A DNA stretch of 47,364 nt from Parcubacteria group bacterium (GTDB lineage Bacteria; Patescibacteriota; Minisyncoccia; Moranbacterales; UBA11712): the NCBI GenBank assembly GCA_041662765.1, contig JBAZRT010000001.1:1-47364 (forward strand), in the 5' to 3' direction. Position 1 is the first letter of the stretch; every line of letters begins with the position of its first letter. This document shows, in pieces, positions 31,408 through 41,199 of this stretch. Position numbers and translations under genes: made by a program. The notes below the pieces were generated by a model. That model saw nothing but the letters and a program-made list of their open reading frames with translations, had not been told where the DNA came from and searched no databases.

Positions 31408-31436
31408 TTGACAAAGTTATTGCAAAATGATATTAT
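31408..31436 (+). promoter_or_regulatory. Sigma70-like promoter (TTGACA-N17-TATTAT)
   Basis: The -35 lies at 31408-31413 and the -10 at 31431-31436. Confidence 0.6.
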
Positions 31437-31449
31437 ATGCAGTTAAAAC

Positions 31450-32934
31450 ATGAATTTTATGAAGGCCATATTTAACGATAAATTAAGCAAAAAAGAGATC
31501 TCTGTTGAAACATCCACCGTTATTTTCATAATCGCGGCGGTTTCGCTTTTTGTTCTGTCGAATTTCATTGTCGGATTCAGTTTGCCGCTCTATCTTTTCG
31601 CGGTCCTGTTTGGTTTTGCGCTCTCGATTGTTTTTCCAAGAAGCGGATTTTACGCCATTGTTTTTCTGACTGTCGTCTTTGAAAGGTTTTTCACCCTGGT
31701 CCCGATATATTGGAATCGAGCGGAATACAAGATATATCCTCTTGATATTCTTTTTGTCGGTGTGATATTGGGGACGATCTATCAATTGATAAAAAATGGT
31801 CTGCCGAGAAAGCTAAAGATCGCTGATTATTTGGTTGCTATATTTATTCTCGCGAGCGGAGCTTATTTCATCGCCAGTGCTTTTCTTCTTCACACTGATG
31901 GAGCGATAGCCTTCAGTACGTTCAAAAACTATGCTTTCTATGGACTTTTCTATTTTGCCGTCGTGTTTCTATTCGATAGCAAAGAAAAGCTTCTCAGGCT
32001 TCTCAAGTTTTTTTTGGCCGGCGCGATTGTTGCATCAGTATTTGTTTTCATCGGAATCATCCGCGGCGAAGGCTTGTGGACCGAATTTACTCCGCTTTCA
32101 ACTCCGGGGACAAGAATTCTTGCTTTTCCGCACGCCTTCTTTTTCACGATGGCACTTTTGATCTCGCTCCTTTGGATTGCATTGCGAAAAGACAGCTACT
32201 CGGATTTTCTCAAAATAATGATCCCAATATGGATAATTGGGATTGTTGGCTCTCTTATGCGCCATCTTTGGATAAGCCTATTTATTTCCGTTGTTTTCCT
32301 TTTTTTCCTTCTTCCGAAAAAAAACAAGAAAGTCCTGAAAAATATCTTTTTTCATTATGCCTTTTTTGCGGCCGCGCTGTTTGTCTTGGTCGCCTATGTA
32401 TCGTTTCTTTTTCCGCAGGCGAGCATTTCCAAAGTTTTCAATGGCGCGCTTGGGGTGGCCGGACAGAGATTTGTGTCCACAGCTCAAGTCAGTTCCGACG
32501 AAAGTTTGAACTGGAGAAGAAGCGTTTGGCAAGCGACCTGGAAGGATTTCCAGCATTCACTCGTGTTCGGGTTGGGATATGGAAAGAAAATTTCCGTTGA
32601 AATCGGTTTGAAATACAAAGATTTCGTTGAAGTGCGAAATATCCACAATTCCCTCCTCACGATTTTCATCCAGATGGGGCTCTGGAGCGTGGCTCTTGTG
32701 GTCGCGATGCTCTGGTTTCTTTTCAAATCTGTGTATTTCGCGCTCAGAAAATCAAGAGAGAAATTGGGCGATACTGCATTTTTGCGGCTGGCATTTCTTG
32801 CGTTGTTTGTGAACTATCTGGCCGCGTTTCTTTTTCAGACTTATCTGGAAACCAATCTTCTGGGAATATTTTTCTGGATAATTCTGGGAGGATTGTCCGA
32901 GTTGGGTAATAATGAAATTGATGAAGCCAAATAA
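31450..32934 (+). CDS. O-antigen ligase / Wzy-like polytopic membrane protein
   Basis: It has more than 10 hydrophobic segments. The Wzy_C-like motif is IHNSLLTIFIQMGLWS. Confidence 0.7.
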   Translation: MNFMKAIFNDKLSKKEISVETSTVIFIIAAVSLFVLSNFIVGFSLPLYLFAVLFGFALSIVFPRSGFYAIVFLTVVFERFFTLVPIYWNRAEYKIYPLDILFVGVILGTIYQLIKNGLPRKLKIADYLVAIFILASGAYFIASAFLLHTDGAIAFSTFKNYAFYGLFYFAVVFLFDSKEKLLRLLKFFLAGAIVASVFVFIGIIRGEGLWTEFTPLSTPGTRILAFPHAFFFTMALLISLLWIALRKDSYSDFLKIMIPIWIIGIVGSLMRHLWISLFISVVFLFFLLPKKNKKVLKNIFFHYAFFAAALFVLVAYVSFLFPQASISKVFNGALGVAGQRFVSTAQVSSDESLNWRRSVWQATWKDFQHSLVFGLGYGKKISVEIGLKYKDFVEVRNIHNSLLTIFIQMGLWSVALVVAMLWFLFKSVYFALRKSREKLGDTAFLRLAFLALFVNYLAAFLFQTYLETNLLGIFFWIILGGLSELGNNEIDEAK

Positions 32935-34107
32935 ATGAAAATTCTCGAAATCAACAAATTTAATCACATCCGTGGCGGAGCCGACAAGCACTTCATTGAT
33001 CTCGCGCGCCTTTTTGAGTCGAACGGAGACGAAGTGGGAGTTTTTGCGATGAGTCATCCGGAAAATCTGCATTCTGATTTCTCGAAGTATTTTGTCAGCC
33101 GGGTGGACTTTGAAAACGGAAGCCTTTTCAACAAAATGAAAGGGGCGTTTCGCGTTTTCTGGTCATTTGAAGCAACGCGAAAAATCGCGAAACTGCTGGA
33201 TGAATTTCAGCCCGACGTTATCCATATTCACAATATCTATCATCAAATATCGCCGTCCATTCTTCTTGAAATAAAAAAGCGCCGGATCCCGATCGTCATG
33301 ACGGTCCATGATTGGAAGCTGATTTGTCCGAATTATCTTTTGAACTGCGAAGAGCCATATTGCAAGAAATGCGTCGCTGGAAAATATTGGCACTGCGTCT
33401 CAAAAAAATGCGTGAAAAATTCTTATGCCAAAAGCTTGATCGCTGTTTTGGGCCTTTATTTCCATCGCTGGCTCAAAATCTATGAAAAAAATGTCGATTT
33501 GTATATTGCGCCGAGCCGGTTCGTGAAAAACATTCTTGTCCAAGCGGGCTTTCCGGAAAAGAAGATCAAAGTTTTGGCTCACTTCGCGAGCGTTCAAGAC
33601 TCGCAAAACGGGAAAGATGCAAACGGGGAAAATTATGCGCTTTATTTCGGCCGCATTTCAAAAGAAAAAAATGTTGATGAACTGATCGAAATATTCAAGA
33701 GCTTGCCGATCAAGCTTGTTCTGGCGGGCAATAGGGAAGCTGGTTTTGAAATTCCGCGTCACCCGAACATCAAATATGCCGGTTTCAAGAACAGTGTCGA
33801 GCTGGCGAAGCTTATCAAAAATTCCAGCTTCGTTGTTTCAGCCTCAAAGCTTGCGGAAACTTTTGGCCTGGTTGCTCTTGAGGCGATCAGTGCGGAAAAG
33901 CCTTTCGTCGGATATGATGTCGGAGGATATGGTGAAATGATTGAAAATGGCGCGAATGGGTATCTGGTGAAAAATAAAGAGGAATTCAAAAGCAAAATCC
34001 TGGAATATGCGTCGGGAAAAGCGACCAAATTCAAGTTTCAGGCCGATAAGTTCAGTCCGGAAAGGTACTATGTGGGGATAGTTGACATTTTTCAGTCTAT
34101 TTGCTAA
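32935..34107 (+). CDS. Glycosyltransferase family 4 (GT-B)
   Basis: The N-terminus reads GGADKHFIDLARLFESNGDEV. The C-terminal EX7E region reads ASKLAETFGLVALEAIS.EKPFVGYDVGGYGEMI.NG.NGYLV. Confidence 0.85.
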   Translation: MKILEINKFNHIRGGADKHFIDLARLFESNGDEVGVFAMSHPENLHSDFSKYFVSRVDFENGSLFNKMKGAFRVFWSFEATRKIAKLLDEFQPDVIHIHNIYHQISPSILLEIKKRRIPIVMTVHDWKLICPNYLLNCEEPYCKKCVAGKYWHCVSKKCVKNSYAKSLIAVLGLYFHRWLKIYEKNVDLYIAPSRFVKNILVQAGFPEKKIKVLAHFASVQDSQNGKDANGENYALYFGRISKEKNVDELIEIFKSLPIKLVLAGNREAGFEIPRHPNIKYAGFKNSVELAKLIKNSSFVVSASKLAETFGLVALEAISAEKPFVGYDVGGYGEMIENGANGYLVKNKEEFKSKILEYASGKATKFKFQADKFSPERYYVGIVDIFQSIC

Positions 34108-34142
34108 TCTATAAGGTCAATTTTAATCAATAAATCAATCCT

Positions 34143-34745
34143 ATGAAAATCGTGAAAACAGTCATTTCAATCATTGTCGCCAGCGGCATACTGGCCGCCT
34201 CGACCGCGTTTGCCGGATGCGGCGACCCCCAACTTTATAGGCTCTCAAAATATAGTGGTTTTGCGGGCGAAAAGATCAAGATCACAGGAATAAATTTTGG
34301 AAACAGAAAAGGGAAGGTCATGTTTGATGACTGGACAAAAGCCGAAATTGTCAGCTGGGGAAAAAAGAAAATCACTATCCTTGTTCCGGATGTTGAGGTG
34401 ACGGAGGCGCACAAAGTTCGCGTTTGCGACAGAAACAATGACTGCACGCGGTCCCAAAAATTTTTCGTGAAAAGAGCGGGCCCCGAGCTTTGGAAGATCA
34501 AAAATTTGAGCGGCTCAAAAAATTATCAGGGAAAACCGGGAGATGTGTTGAAGCTGACCGGGCAAAACTTCGGGGCCAATGACATCTCGGTTCTTTTTGG
34601 CAGTACTTCGGCGAGAATCATTGCCCGGAAGAAAACATGGATGAAAGTTGTTGTTCCTGAGCTGGAGCGCAACAAGACATACGCGGTCAAAGTGACTGAC
34701 GGAGCTCCTGATTCCAACACCCAAGACTTTTTTGTGATTCCGTAG
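34143..34745 (+). CDS. Secreted protein with two IPT/TIG-like domains (200 aa)
   Basis: It has a signal peptide or lipobox (..STAFAGC). Two repeats of the pattern G..IKITG.NFG......V.F......I.SW....I.V.VP......Y.V.V are present. Confidence 0.6.
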   Translation: MKIVKTVISIIVASGILAASTAFAGCGDPQLYRLSKYSGFAGEKIKITGINFGNRKGKVMFDDWTKAEIVSWGKKKITILVPDVEVTEAHKVRVCDRNNDCTRSQKFFVKRAGPELWKIKNLSGSKNYQGKPGDVLKLTGQNFGANDISVLFGSTSARIIARKKTWMKVVVPELERNKTYAVKVTDGAPDSNTQDFFVIP

Positions 34746-34809
34746 GGAAATAAAGGAATTGTTCCGGGTGTATCTAAGGATTAGGCGGGCTTATTATCAA
34801 ATATAAATT

Positions 34810-36006
34810 ATGAAAATCGCATATATTGGACAAAAAGGAATTCCTGCCCACATAGGCGGCGTGGAAAGATACGTCGACGAAGTGGCGGTTCGAATGGCAA
34901 AGAAGGGCCATGAGGTTTTTGTCTATGTGAGAGATCATTATACTCCAAAAAATTTGAAAAACTATAAAGGAGTAAAGCTGGTCCATCTGCCGACGATCAA
35001 AACCAAGCATCTTGATGCCATCACGCATACATTCCTCTCAACGATCCATGCTCTTTTTCAGAATTATGATGCTATCCATTATCATTCCTTGGGACCGTCG
35101 ACTCTTTCTTTCATCCCAAAAATTTTCTGCCGCAAAACTGCTGTCATATCCACCTATCAGTCCCAGGACTATGGACATCACAAGTGGGGTTTTTTTGCGC
35201 GAACTTATTTGCGGATGGGTGAAATGATCACTCTCAAGGTTCCCGACAAGACAATTTCTGTTACGGATTATTTGAGAAATTATGGACTCAAGCAATATGA
35301 AGAAGATTCGATTGTTATTCCCAACGGCGTGACATTGTTCAAAAAAGCGTCATCGCTGAATGTTTTCAAGAAGTGGTCGCTCAAGAAAAAAATGTATGTA
35401 TTGGCCGTCAGCCGCTTGGTTGCGCACAAAGAAATTCATACTCTTTTCCAGGCATTCATCAATCTCAAAGCGCTCGGAAAAATCGACAAAGAATTCAAGC
35501 TGGTGGTTGCCGGGGGTGGCAGCTATACGGACAGCTATGTGCGGGAGTTGAAAACCATGATCAGAGGCCGAAAAGATATTGTCCTGGCTGGAGTGCAAAA
35601 GGGAGAAAAATTGGCGTCTCTTTATAAAAACGCGGCTTTCTTTGTCCAGCCCTCTCGAGCGGAAGGTTTGTCTCTTGCGCTTCTTGAAGCGATGGGGATG
35701 GGACTTGCTCCGCTTGTCAGCGATATTTCAGAAAATCTTTCGGCTATTTATGGAAATGGTTATGTTTTTCGGATGGGCGACATTTTTGACCTTATGAGCA
35801 AGCTCGAATATTCGATAAGTCATCCGACAGAAATGAGAGTAATGGGAGAAAAGGCCCGCCAGATGGCGAAAGAAGCATACAACTGGGACAAAATAGTTGA
35901 TGATATTGAGAGTGTGTATGATGAAGCCGTAATAGAAAAATGGAAAAAAACGAATTTGAAGGGAAAGAAACAAATTCTTTCTCATCGTCGGGGAACCTGT
36001 CTCTAA
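34810..36006 (+). CDS. Glycosyltransferase family 4 (GT-B)
   Basis: The N-terminus reads KIAYIGQKGIPAHIGGVERYVDEVAVRMAKKGHEV. The C-terminal region reads PSRAEGLSLALLEAMGMGLAPLVSDI. Confidence 0.85.
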   Translation: MKIAYIGQKGIPAHIGGVERYVDEVAVRMAKKGHEVFVYVRDHYTPKNLKNYKGVKLVHLPTIKTKHLDAITHTFLSTIHALFQNYDAIHYHSLGPSTLSFIPKIFCRKTAVISTYQSQDYGHHKWGFFARTYLRMGEMITLKVPDKTISVTDYLRNYGLKQYEEDSIVIPNGVTLFKKASSLNVFKKWSLKKKMYVLAVSRLVAHKEIHTLFQAFINLKALGKIDKEFKLVVAGGGSYTDSYVRELKTMIRGRKDIVLAGVQKGEKLASLYKNAAFFVQPSRAEGLSLALLEAMGMGLAPLVSDISENLSAIYGNGYVFRMGDIFDLMSKLEYSISHPTEMRVMGEKARQMAKEAYNWDKIVDDIESVYDEAVIEKWKKTNLKGKKQILSHRRGTCL

Positions 36007-36027
36007 AATTTTATATAGATTAAAAAA

Positions 36028-36918
36028 ATGTTTTATCAACGAAATCAATTCAAGAGTTTCCTCAGTTACGCCATATTCACGGGCGCCGTGACAATGCTTG
36101 TTGTTTTTTTGATCTCACTTTTCTTGCCCAAAGAGTGGCTGGTGAGCGGAAAAATTGTTGTTTTTCCTTCCGGACAGCCGGCGAGTGCTTCGCAAAATCT
36201 TTTGGCGGAGACAGGAAACACGGCCGAGATCGTCAAAAGCGAATCTTTTCGAAAAGCGAATTTCGGCGGTCGGGCTGCAAATTTTGCAGGTGCAAAAGTT
36301 TTGAAAAATTCTTCCATGGTTCTGGTGAAATTTCGCAGCGGCGGAAATGATATCCGATCGTATGAAGATTTGATCGTGAAAATTCCGGGCCAAGTCGACG
36401 AATATGCGCGAGACCTTTATAGCGGTTCGCCTTTCAAATACAAAATAGTAAGCGATCCTGAAATTTCAGCAAGTCCCGTGCGGCCAAACCTTCTTCTCAA
36501 CTCGATCTTTGGATTTTTGGGCGGCGCGCTGCTTTATATGATCTATTATTGGACCGGATTTGAGTCCAAGCAGCCGGAGGGCGAAGAAATTGATGCGGAG
36601 ACAGAAAAAGTTGTTGCAATAGTTTCTCCGGAGATCAAGCTGACTGAAAAAGCTGAGAAAAAAGAGGCAAAGACCGGAAAGCTGACCTCGCCCAGTCTAG
36701 GCGGAGGAAAAGTAGTGGTTGAAAAAGGAAAACCGCATTTCGCGCCGGGCGAAAAAACCGAGACAATCGAGAAAAGAACAATTTTTCCAAAAAGCAATTC
36801 TGCCGCACCTGATAATCTTCCTTTTGTGGATGAAATGATCTCTTCCTCCAGCATTCAAGAGCCATCAGACGATGAAGTGAAAGAGCGGTTGAATCGGCTG
36901 ATGCGAGGAGAATTGTAA
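36028..36918 (+). CDS. Wzz/PCP-like bitopic membrane protein with a K/E-rich C-terminal extension
   Basis: The N-terminal TM segment is AIFTGAVTMLVVFLISLFL and the second is LLLNSIFGFLGGALLYMIYYW. This is the same topology as the protein at 26726. Confidence 0.5.
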   Translation: MFYQRNQFKSFLSYAIFTGAVTMLVVFLISLFLPKEWLVSGKIVVFPSGQPASASQNLLAETGNTAEIVKSESFRKANFGGRAANFAGAKVLKNSSMVLVKFRSGGNDIRSYEDLIVKIPGQVDEYARDLYSGSPFKYKIVSDPEISASPVRPNLLLNSIFGFLGGALLYMIYYWTGFESKQPEGEEIDAETEKVVAIVSPEIKLTEKAEKKEAKTGKLTSPSLGGGKVVVEKGKPHFAPGEKTETIEKRTIFPKSNSAAPDNLPFVDEMISSSSIQEPSDDEVKERLNRLMRGEL

Positions 36919-36956
36919 AAATAGAAAAGTATTTTGAATAAAGCTTTGTATCGAAG

Positions 36957-36982
36957 AGCGTCCATGATCGGGCGCTTTTTTG
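36957..36982 (+). terminator. Rho-independent terminator
   Basis: AGCGTCC (36957-63) pairs with GGGCGCT (36970-76) and is followed by TTTTT. Confidence 0.65.
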
Positions 36983-37041
36983 ATTTTTTGGAGGAAATGT
37001 ATTAGCATAAAAATACTAAACGATTTTAACCGCAAATACAT

Positions 37042-37497
37042 ATGATCAATGGAGTAAAAATAAAGCAAATCAAAAGATTTTCCGATGACCGCGGATTTTT
37101 TTGCGAGGTTATTAAATTCGGGGAGGATACTTTTTGCGAGGTGAAACAGACGAGCTATACGGAAACCTATCCGGGCGTGATCAAAGCTTTTCATTGGCAC
37201 AAAAAACAGATCGATGTCTGGTTCCCGATCAAAGGAAATATGCAGATCGTTCTCTTTGATATGCGAGAAGATTCACCGACCAAAGGCGAGACACAGGTGA
37301 TATACGGAGGAGAAAACAATCCGATTCAAATTTTGATCCCAATCGGCGTTGCGCACGGATATCGCGTTCTCGGAAACAAGCCGGCGACGCTTTTCTATCA
37401 CACAAGCGAAGCCTACGACCCGGCTGATCCCGACGAAGAAAGAATTCCCTTTGACGATCCGAAAATAGGATTCGATTGGACGACAAAAAATAAATAA
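37042..37497 (+). CDS. rfbC: dTDP-4-dehydrorhamnose 3,5-epimerase (short cupin form)
   Basis: Motifs seen are DDRGFF.E, FHWHKKQ.DVW, G.MQIVLFDMREDSPTKGE and IPIGVAHGY. Confidence 0.8.
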   Translation: MINGVKIKQIKRFSDDRGFFCEVIKFGEDTFCEVKQTSYTETYPGVIKAFHWHKKQIDVWFPIKGNMQIVLFDMREDSPTKGETQVIYGGENNPIQILIPIGVAHGYRVLGNKPATLFYHTSEAYDPADPDEERIPFDDPKIGFDWTTKNK

Positions 37498-37508
37498 GAT
37501 TATAAATT

Positions 37509-38513
37509 ATGAAGTTGCTTGTCACTGGAGGTGCGGGGTTCATTGGCTCGAATTTCGTCCGCTATATCCTCAAAAAATATCCGGACTATGAGATCGTCAA
37601 TCTTGACCTTTTGACTTACGCGGGAAATTTGGAAAATTTGAAAGATATCGAAAAGAACAAAAATTATAAATTTGTGAAAGGCGACATAGCCGATAAGGAG
37701 CTGGTTCAGAGCTTGGTAAAAGATTCGGATGTGATCGTGAACTTTGCCGCTGAATCGCATGTTGACCGGTCAATTCTTGACAGTTCGGATTTTATCAGGA
37801 CAAATATTGTCGGGACGCACAATCTTCTCGAAGCGGCGAAAAAGAACGGCCTCAAGAGATTTCATCATATCTCTACAGATGAGGTTTTTGGCCATTTGGG
37901 GCCGAATGACCCCGCCTTCAATGAGCGCGCGCCCTACGCTCCCAGAAGCCCCTACAGCGCGTCCAAAGCGGCTTCTGACCACTTGGTCCGGGCATATTTC
38001 CATACCCACGGCTTGCCGATCACCATTTCCAACTGCTCAAACAATTATGGCCCTTTTCATTTTCCGGAAAAGCTGATCCCGCTTGCGATCACCAATCTCA
38101 TCGAAGGCAAGAAGATTCCGGTATACGGGGATGGGATGCAGGTTCGCGACTGGCTTTTTGTTGAGGATCACTGCGAAGCGATTGATCTGATTATTCAAAA
38201 AGGCAAGATCGGCGAAACATATTGCATTGGCGGAAATTCCGAAAAAACGAACATGGAGATCGTGAAAAAAATCCTCGAGCTTCTCAACAAAGGTGAAGAG
38301 ATGATAGAATATGTGAAGGACCGTCCCGGCCACGACCGTCGCTATGCGATTGATTTTTCGAAAATAAGAACAGAGCTCAACTGGCAGCCGCGGACAAGCT
38401 TTGAAGACGGGATGCGGGAAACGGTTGATTGGTACAAAACGAATGTTGACTGGTGGCACGATGTGAAAAGCGGGGATTATCAAAAATATTACGAAAAACA
38501 ATATGGCAAATAG
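37509..38513 (+). CDS. rfbB: dTDP-glucose 4,6-dehydratase
   Basis: Motifs seen are [42 protein letters not shown] and CSNNYGP. Confidence 0.9.
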   Translation: MKLLVTGGAGFIGSNFVRYILKKYPDYEIVNLDLLTYAGNLENLKDIEKNKNYKFVKGDIADKELVQSLVKDSDVIVNFAAESHVDRSILDSSDFIRTNIVGTHNLLEAAKKNGLKRFHHISTDEVFGHLGPNDPAFNERAPYAPRSPYSASKAASDHLVRAYFHTHGLPITISNCSNNYGPFHFPEKLIPLAITNLIEGKKIPVYGDGMQVRDWLFVEDHCEAIDLIIQKGKIGETYCIGGNSEKTNMEIVKKILELLNKGEEMIEYVKDRPGHDRRYAIDFSKIRTELNWQPRTSFEDGMRETVDWYKTNVDWWHDVKSGDYQKYYEKQYGK

Positions 38514-39372
38514 GATCCTAATCATCGGTTCTCACGGAATGCTCGGACAAGACCTTGTGCGCATGTTTGATGCTGACCAGAGTTGGGAGGTTTTTGCGTA
38601 TGACCGCGACCAGATCGATATCGCTTCAAAAGAAAGTCTGCGAAAAAAGATCGAAGAAGTCAGGCCAAAAGCGGTGATCAACGCGGCCGGATACAACGCC
38701 GTGGACAAATGCGAATCGGATGAAATTGAATTTGAACTTGCCAAAAAGATCAATGGATATGGTCCGGGAATTTTGGCCAAAATATGCAAGGAAAAAGATA
38801 TTCCGATCGTCCACTTCGTGAGCGATTATGTTTTCGACGGGGAAAAGGGGGAATATACGGAGAGCGACAAACCCAGTCCGATCAGCAATTATGGCCGATC
38901 AAAGCTTCTCGGGGAAGAAGAAATAAAAAAGAATACGGACAAATATTTTTTGATCCGCACTTCGAAGCTGTTTGGAAAACCCGGAGCATCGCCGATGTCC
39001 AAGAAAAGTTTTTTTGATACGATGATCTCGCTTGCCAAGGACAACAGTGTTTTGAAAATAGTCGATGAAGAAAAAAGCTGTTTCACATATACGCCGGATC
39101 TTGCGCTTGAAACCAAGAAAATGATCGAAGAAAAAGTTCCGTTTGGAATATACCATGTCGTGAACGAAGGTGCTTGTACGTGGTACGAAGCTGCCTGTGA
39201 GCTGTTCAAGCTTGCAAAAATGGATATCGAAGTGATTCCGGTGAGTTCAAATGAATTTCCGCGTCCGGCCAAGCGCCCAAACTCGTCTGTGCTTCTCAAC
39301 ACGAAACTGAAGCCGCTGAGAAATTATGAAAAAGCGCTGAAAGAATACTTGGAAGAAAATTATTCTATATAA
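38503..39372 (+). CDS. rfbD: dTDP-4-dehydrorhamnose reductase
   Basis: Motifs seen are [42 protein letters not shown] and RPKRP-like [10 protein letters not shown]. The gene overlaps rfbB by 11 nt. Confidence 0.85.
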   Translation: MANRILIIGSHGMLGQDLVRMFDADQSWEVFAYDRDQIDIASKESLRKKIEEVRPKAVINAAGYNAVDKCESDEIEFELAKKINGYGPGILAKICKEKDIPIVHFVSDYVFDGEKGEYTESDKPSPISNYGRSKLLGEEEIKKNTDKYFLIRTSKLFGKPGASPMSKKSFFDTMISLAKDNSVLKIVDEEKSCFTYTPDLALETKKMIEEKVPFGIYHVVNEGACTWYEAACELFKLAKMDIEVIPVSSNEFPRPAKRPNSSVLLNTKLKPLRNYEKALKEYLEENYSI

Positions 39373-39378
39373 ATCCGT

Positions 39379-40185
39379 ATGAACAAAATGAAAGGCATCG
39401 TTCTTGCCGGAGGGACGGCGACAAGATTGTTTCCTCTCACGGCGACGACCTCAAAACAGCTTCTGCCGGTGTACAATCGCCAAATGATCTTTTATCCCCT
39501 CAATGTTTTGGTGAAAGCGGGGATCAAAGATATTTTGATGATCGTCACGCCTGAGCATTCGGGTCAGTTCGTCAATCTGCTGGGACGGATTTTTGAGCGG
39601 CATAAAGTGCATCTCGAATTCAAAGTGCAGAGCGTCCCGCGCGGGCTCGCTGACGCGTTCATTTTGGGAGAAAGTTTCATTGACAACAACAATGTGGCGA
39701 TGATCTTGGGGGACAATATTTTTGAGGACGATTTTTCGGACATTATCAAGACTTTCAAGAGTGGCGGACATGTTTTCGCCAAAAAAGTGCCGGATCCGGA
39801 AAGATATGGCGTCGTGAAATTTGACGAAGCGGGAAAAGCTATCCAAATTGTCGAAAAGCCGGTGGAATGGATCAGTGACTATGCCATTCCCGGTCTTTAT
39901 GTTTTTGACAACAAAGTATCCGAAATCGCAAAAAAATCAAAACCTTCCGAGCGCGGGGAAATTGAAATAACGGATCTTATGAATTTCTATCTCGAGAAGG
40001 GGGAATTGCAAGTCAGTCCGATCAAGGGCGAATGGCTTGACGCCGGAACGTTTGACACATTGCTTGAAGCGGGACGGATCGTGAAAGAAAAAGAAATATA
40101 CAAAAATTTCGACCCGCAAATCGAGCGTGCGATCGAAGAATTCAACGCGGAAATTAAAACGATTGCCAAAAAACAACTGCTATAA
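39379..40185 (+). CDS. rfbA: Glucose-1-phosphate thymidylyltransferase
   Basis: Motifs seen are MKGIVLAGGTATRLFPLT...KQLLPVYN..MI.YPL, LGDNIF and E.PERYGVV.FD. The start could also be the ATG at 39388. Confidence 0.85.
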   Translation: MNKMKGIVLAGGTATRLFPLTATTSKQLLPVYNRQMIFYPLNVLVKAGIKDILMIVTPEHSGQFVNLLGRIFERHKVHLEFKVQSVPRGLADAFILGESFIDNNNVAMILGDNIFEDDFSDIIKTFKSGGHVFAKKVPDPERYGVVKFDEAGKAIQIVEKPVEWISDYAIPGLYVFDNKVSEIAKKSKPSERGEIEITDLMNFYLEKGELQVSPIKGEWLDAGTFDTLLEAGRIVKEKEIYKNFDPQIERAIEEFNAEIKTIAKKQLL

Positions 40186-40194
40186 TTTGCGAGG

Positions 40195-40285
40195 CTCGCG
40201 AAAAAATAATTTCTCGAGTAGGCTACCCGTCGGCAAAGCCGGACGGGCACACGCAATACTCTCGAAATTTATTTTTTCACTCGCC
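40195..40285. repeat. Imperfect palindromic element of about 90 nt (AT-rich outer arms around a GC-rich hairpin)
   Basis: The outer arms are ctcgcGAAAAAATAATTTCtcgag and ctcgAAATTTATTTTTTCactcg. The inner hairpin is CCCGTCGGC-AAA-GCCGGACGGG (40226-40247). Confidence 0.5.
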
Positions 40286-40329
40286 AGTATGATATTTCGT
40301 ATTTTTGTTAATTTCGTAGTTCGTAAATC

Positions 40330-41190
40330 ATGAAGATCAAAAAAGCCATTATTGCCGTCGCCGGTTCCGGAACCAGATTTTTGCCTGTGACGAAAGCAAT
40401 GCCCAAGGAAATGCTTCCGATTGTTGACAAGCCGATCATTCAATTGGTTGTCGAAGAGCTTGTTGAAGCCGGAATCGAAGATATAATTCTCGTCACAAAA
40501 TGGGATAAAAAGCCCCTGGAGGATCATTTCGATCACTCCTGGGCGCTTGAAAACGAACTGGAAAAAGCGGGGAAAACGGAAAGATTAAATGCAGTGAAAA
40601 GGGTGGCGGACATGGCCAATTTCATATATGTTCGCCAGAAAGGACCGTACGGAAATGGAACGCCGGTGCTTTCGGCAGCCAGTCTTGTTGATGACGAGCC
40701 GTTCGTGTTCGTTTGGGGGGATGATCTCGTGAAATCGAAGATCTCTTTCACAAAACAAATGGTTGAAGACTATGAAAAAAACGGCCAGCCTATGATCGGA
40801 GTGCAGAAAGTTGCCAAAGAGGATGTTGTGCGATACGGGATCGTGAAATTGCGCGAAGGAACAAACGAAATTGAAGATATCATCGAAAAACCTTCGATCG
40901 AAGAAGCGCCGTCTCAGCTGGCGGATTTTGGACGAATGATCTTGAATCAGGATATCATTGATGTGCTCAAAGGAACCGCGCTTGGAAAAGGAAATGAGCT
41001 TTGGATCACTGACGCGATCAAAAAATATGTTCAAGACGGCGGAATTTTTTTGGCGAAAGAGATCGAAGACGGAGAATGGCTCACGACGGGAGATCCTTTG
41101 AATTATCTCAAAGCGCTTCTCACCTATGCGGCGGACAGGGAGGATATTGGCAAGGAACTCAAAGAATACACGCAGAAATTATTTCGTTAA
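40330..41190 (+). CDS. galU: UTP--glucose-1-phosphate uridylyltransferase
   Basis: Motifs seen are KAIIAVAGSGTRFLPVTKAMPKEMLPIVDKP.IQ and YVRQ..P.G.G, plus a VEKP-like IEKP. Confidence 0.85.
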   Translation: MKIKKAIIAVAGSGTRFLPVTKAMPKEMLPIVDKPIIQLVVEELVEAGIEDIILVTKWDKKPLEDHFDHSWALENELEKAGKTERLNAVKRVADMANFIYVRQKGPYGNGTPVLSAASLVDDEPFVFVWGDDLVKSKISFTKQMVEDYEKNGQPMIGVQKVAKEDVVRYGIVKLREGTNEIEDIIEKPSIEEAPSQLADFGRMILNQDIIDVLKGTALGKGNELWITDAIKKYVQDGGIFLAKEIEDGEWLTTGDPLNYLKALLTYAADREDIGKELKEYTQKLFR

Positions 41191-41199
41191 GATCGTTTT

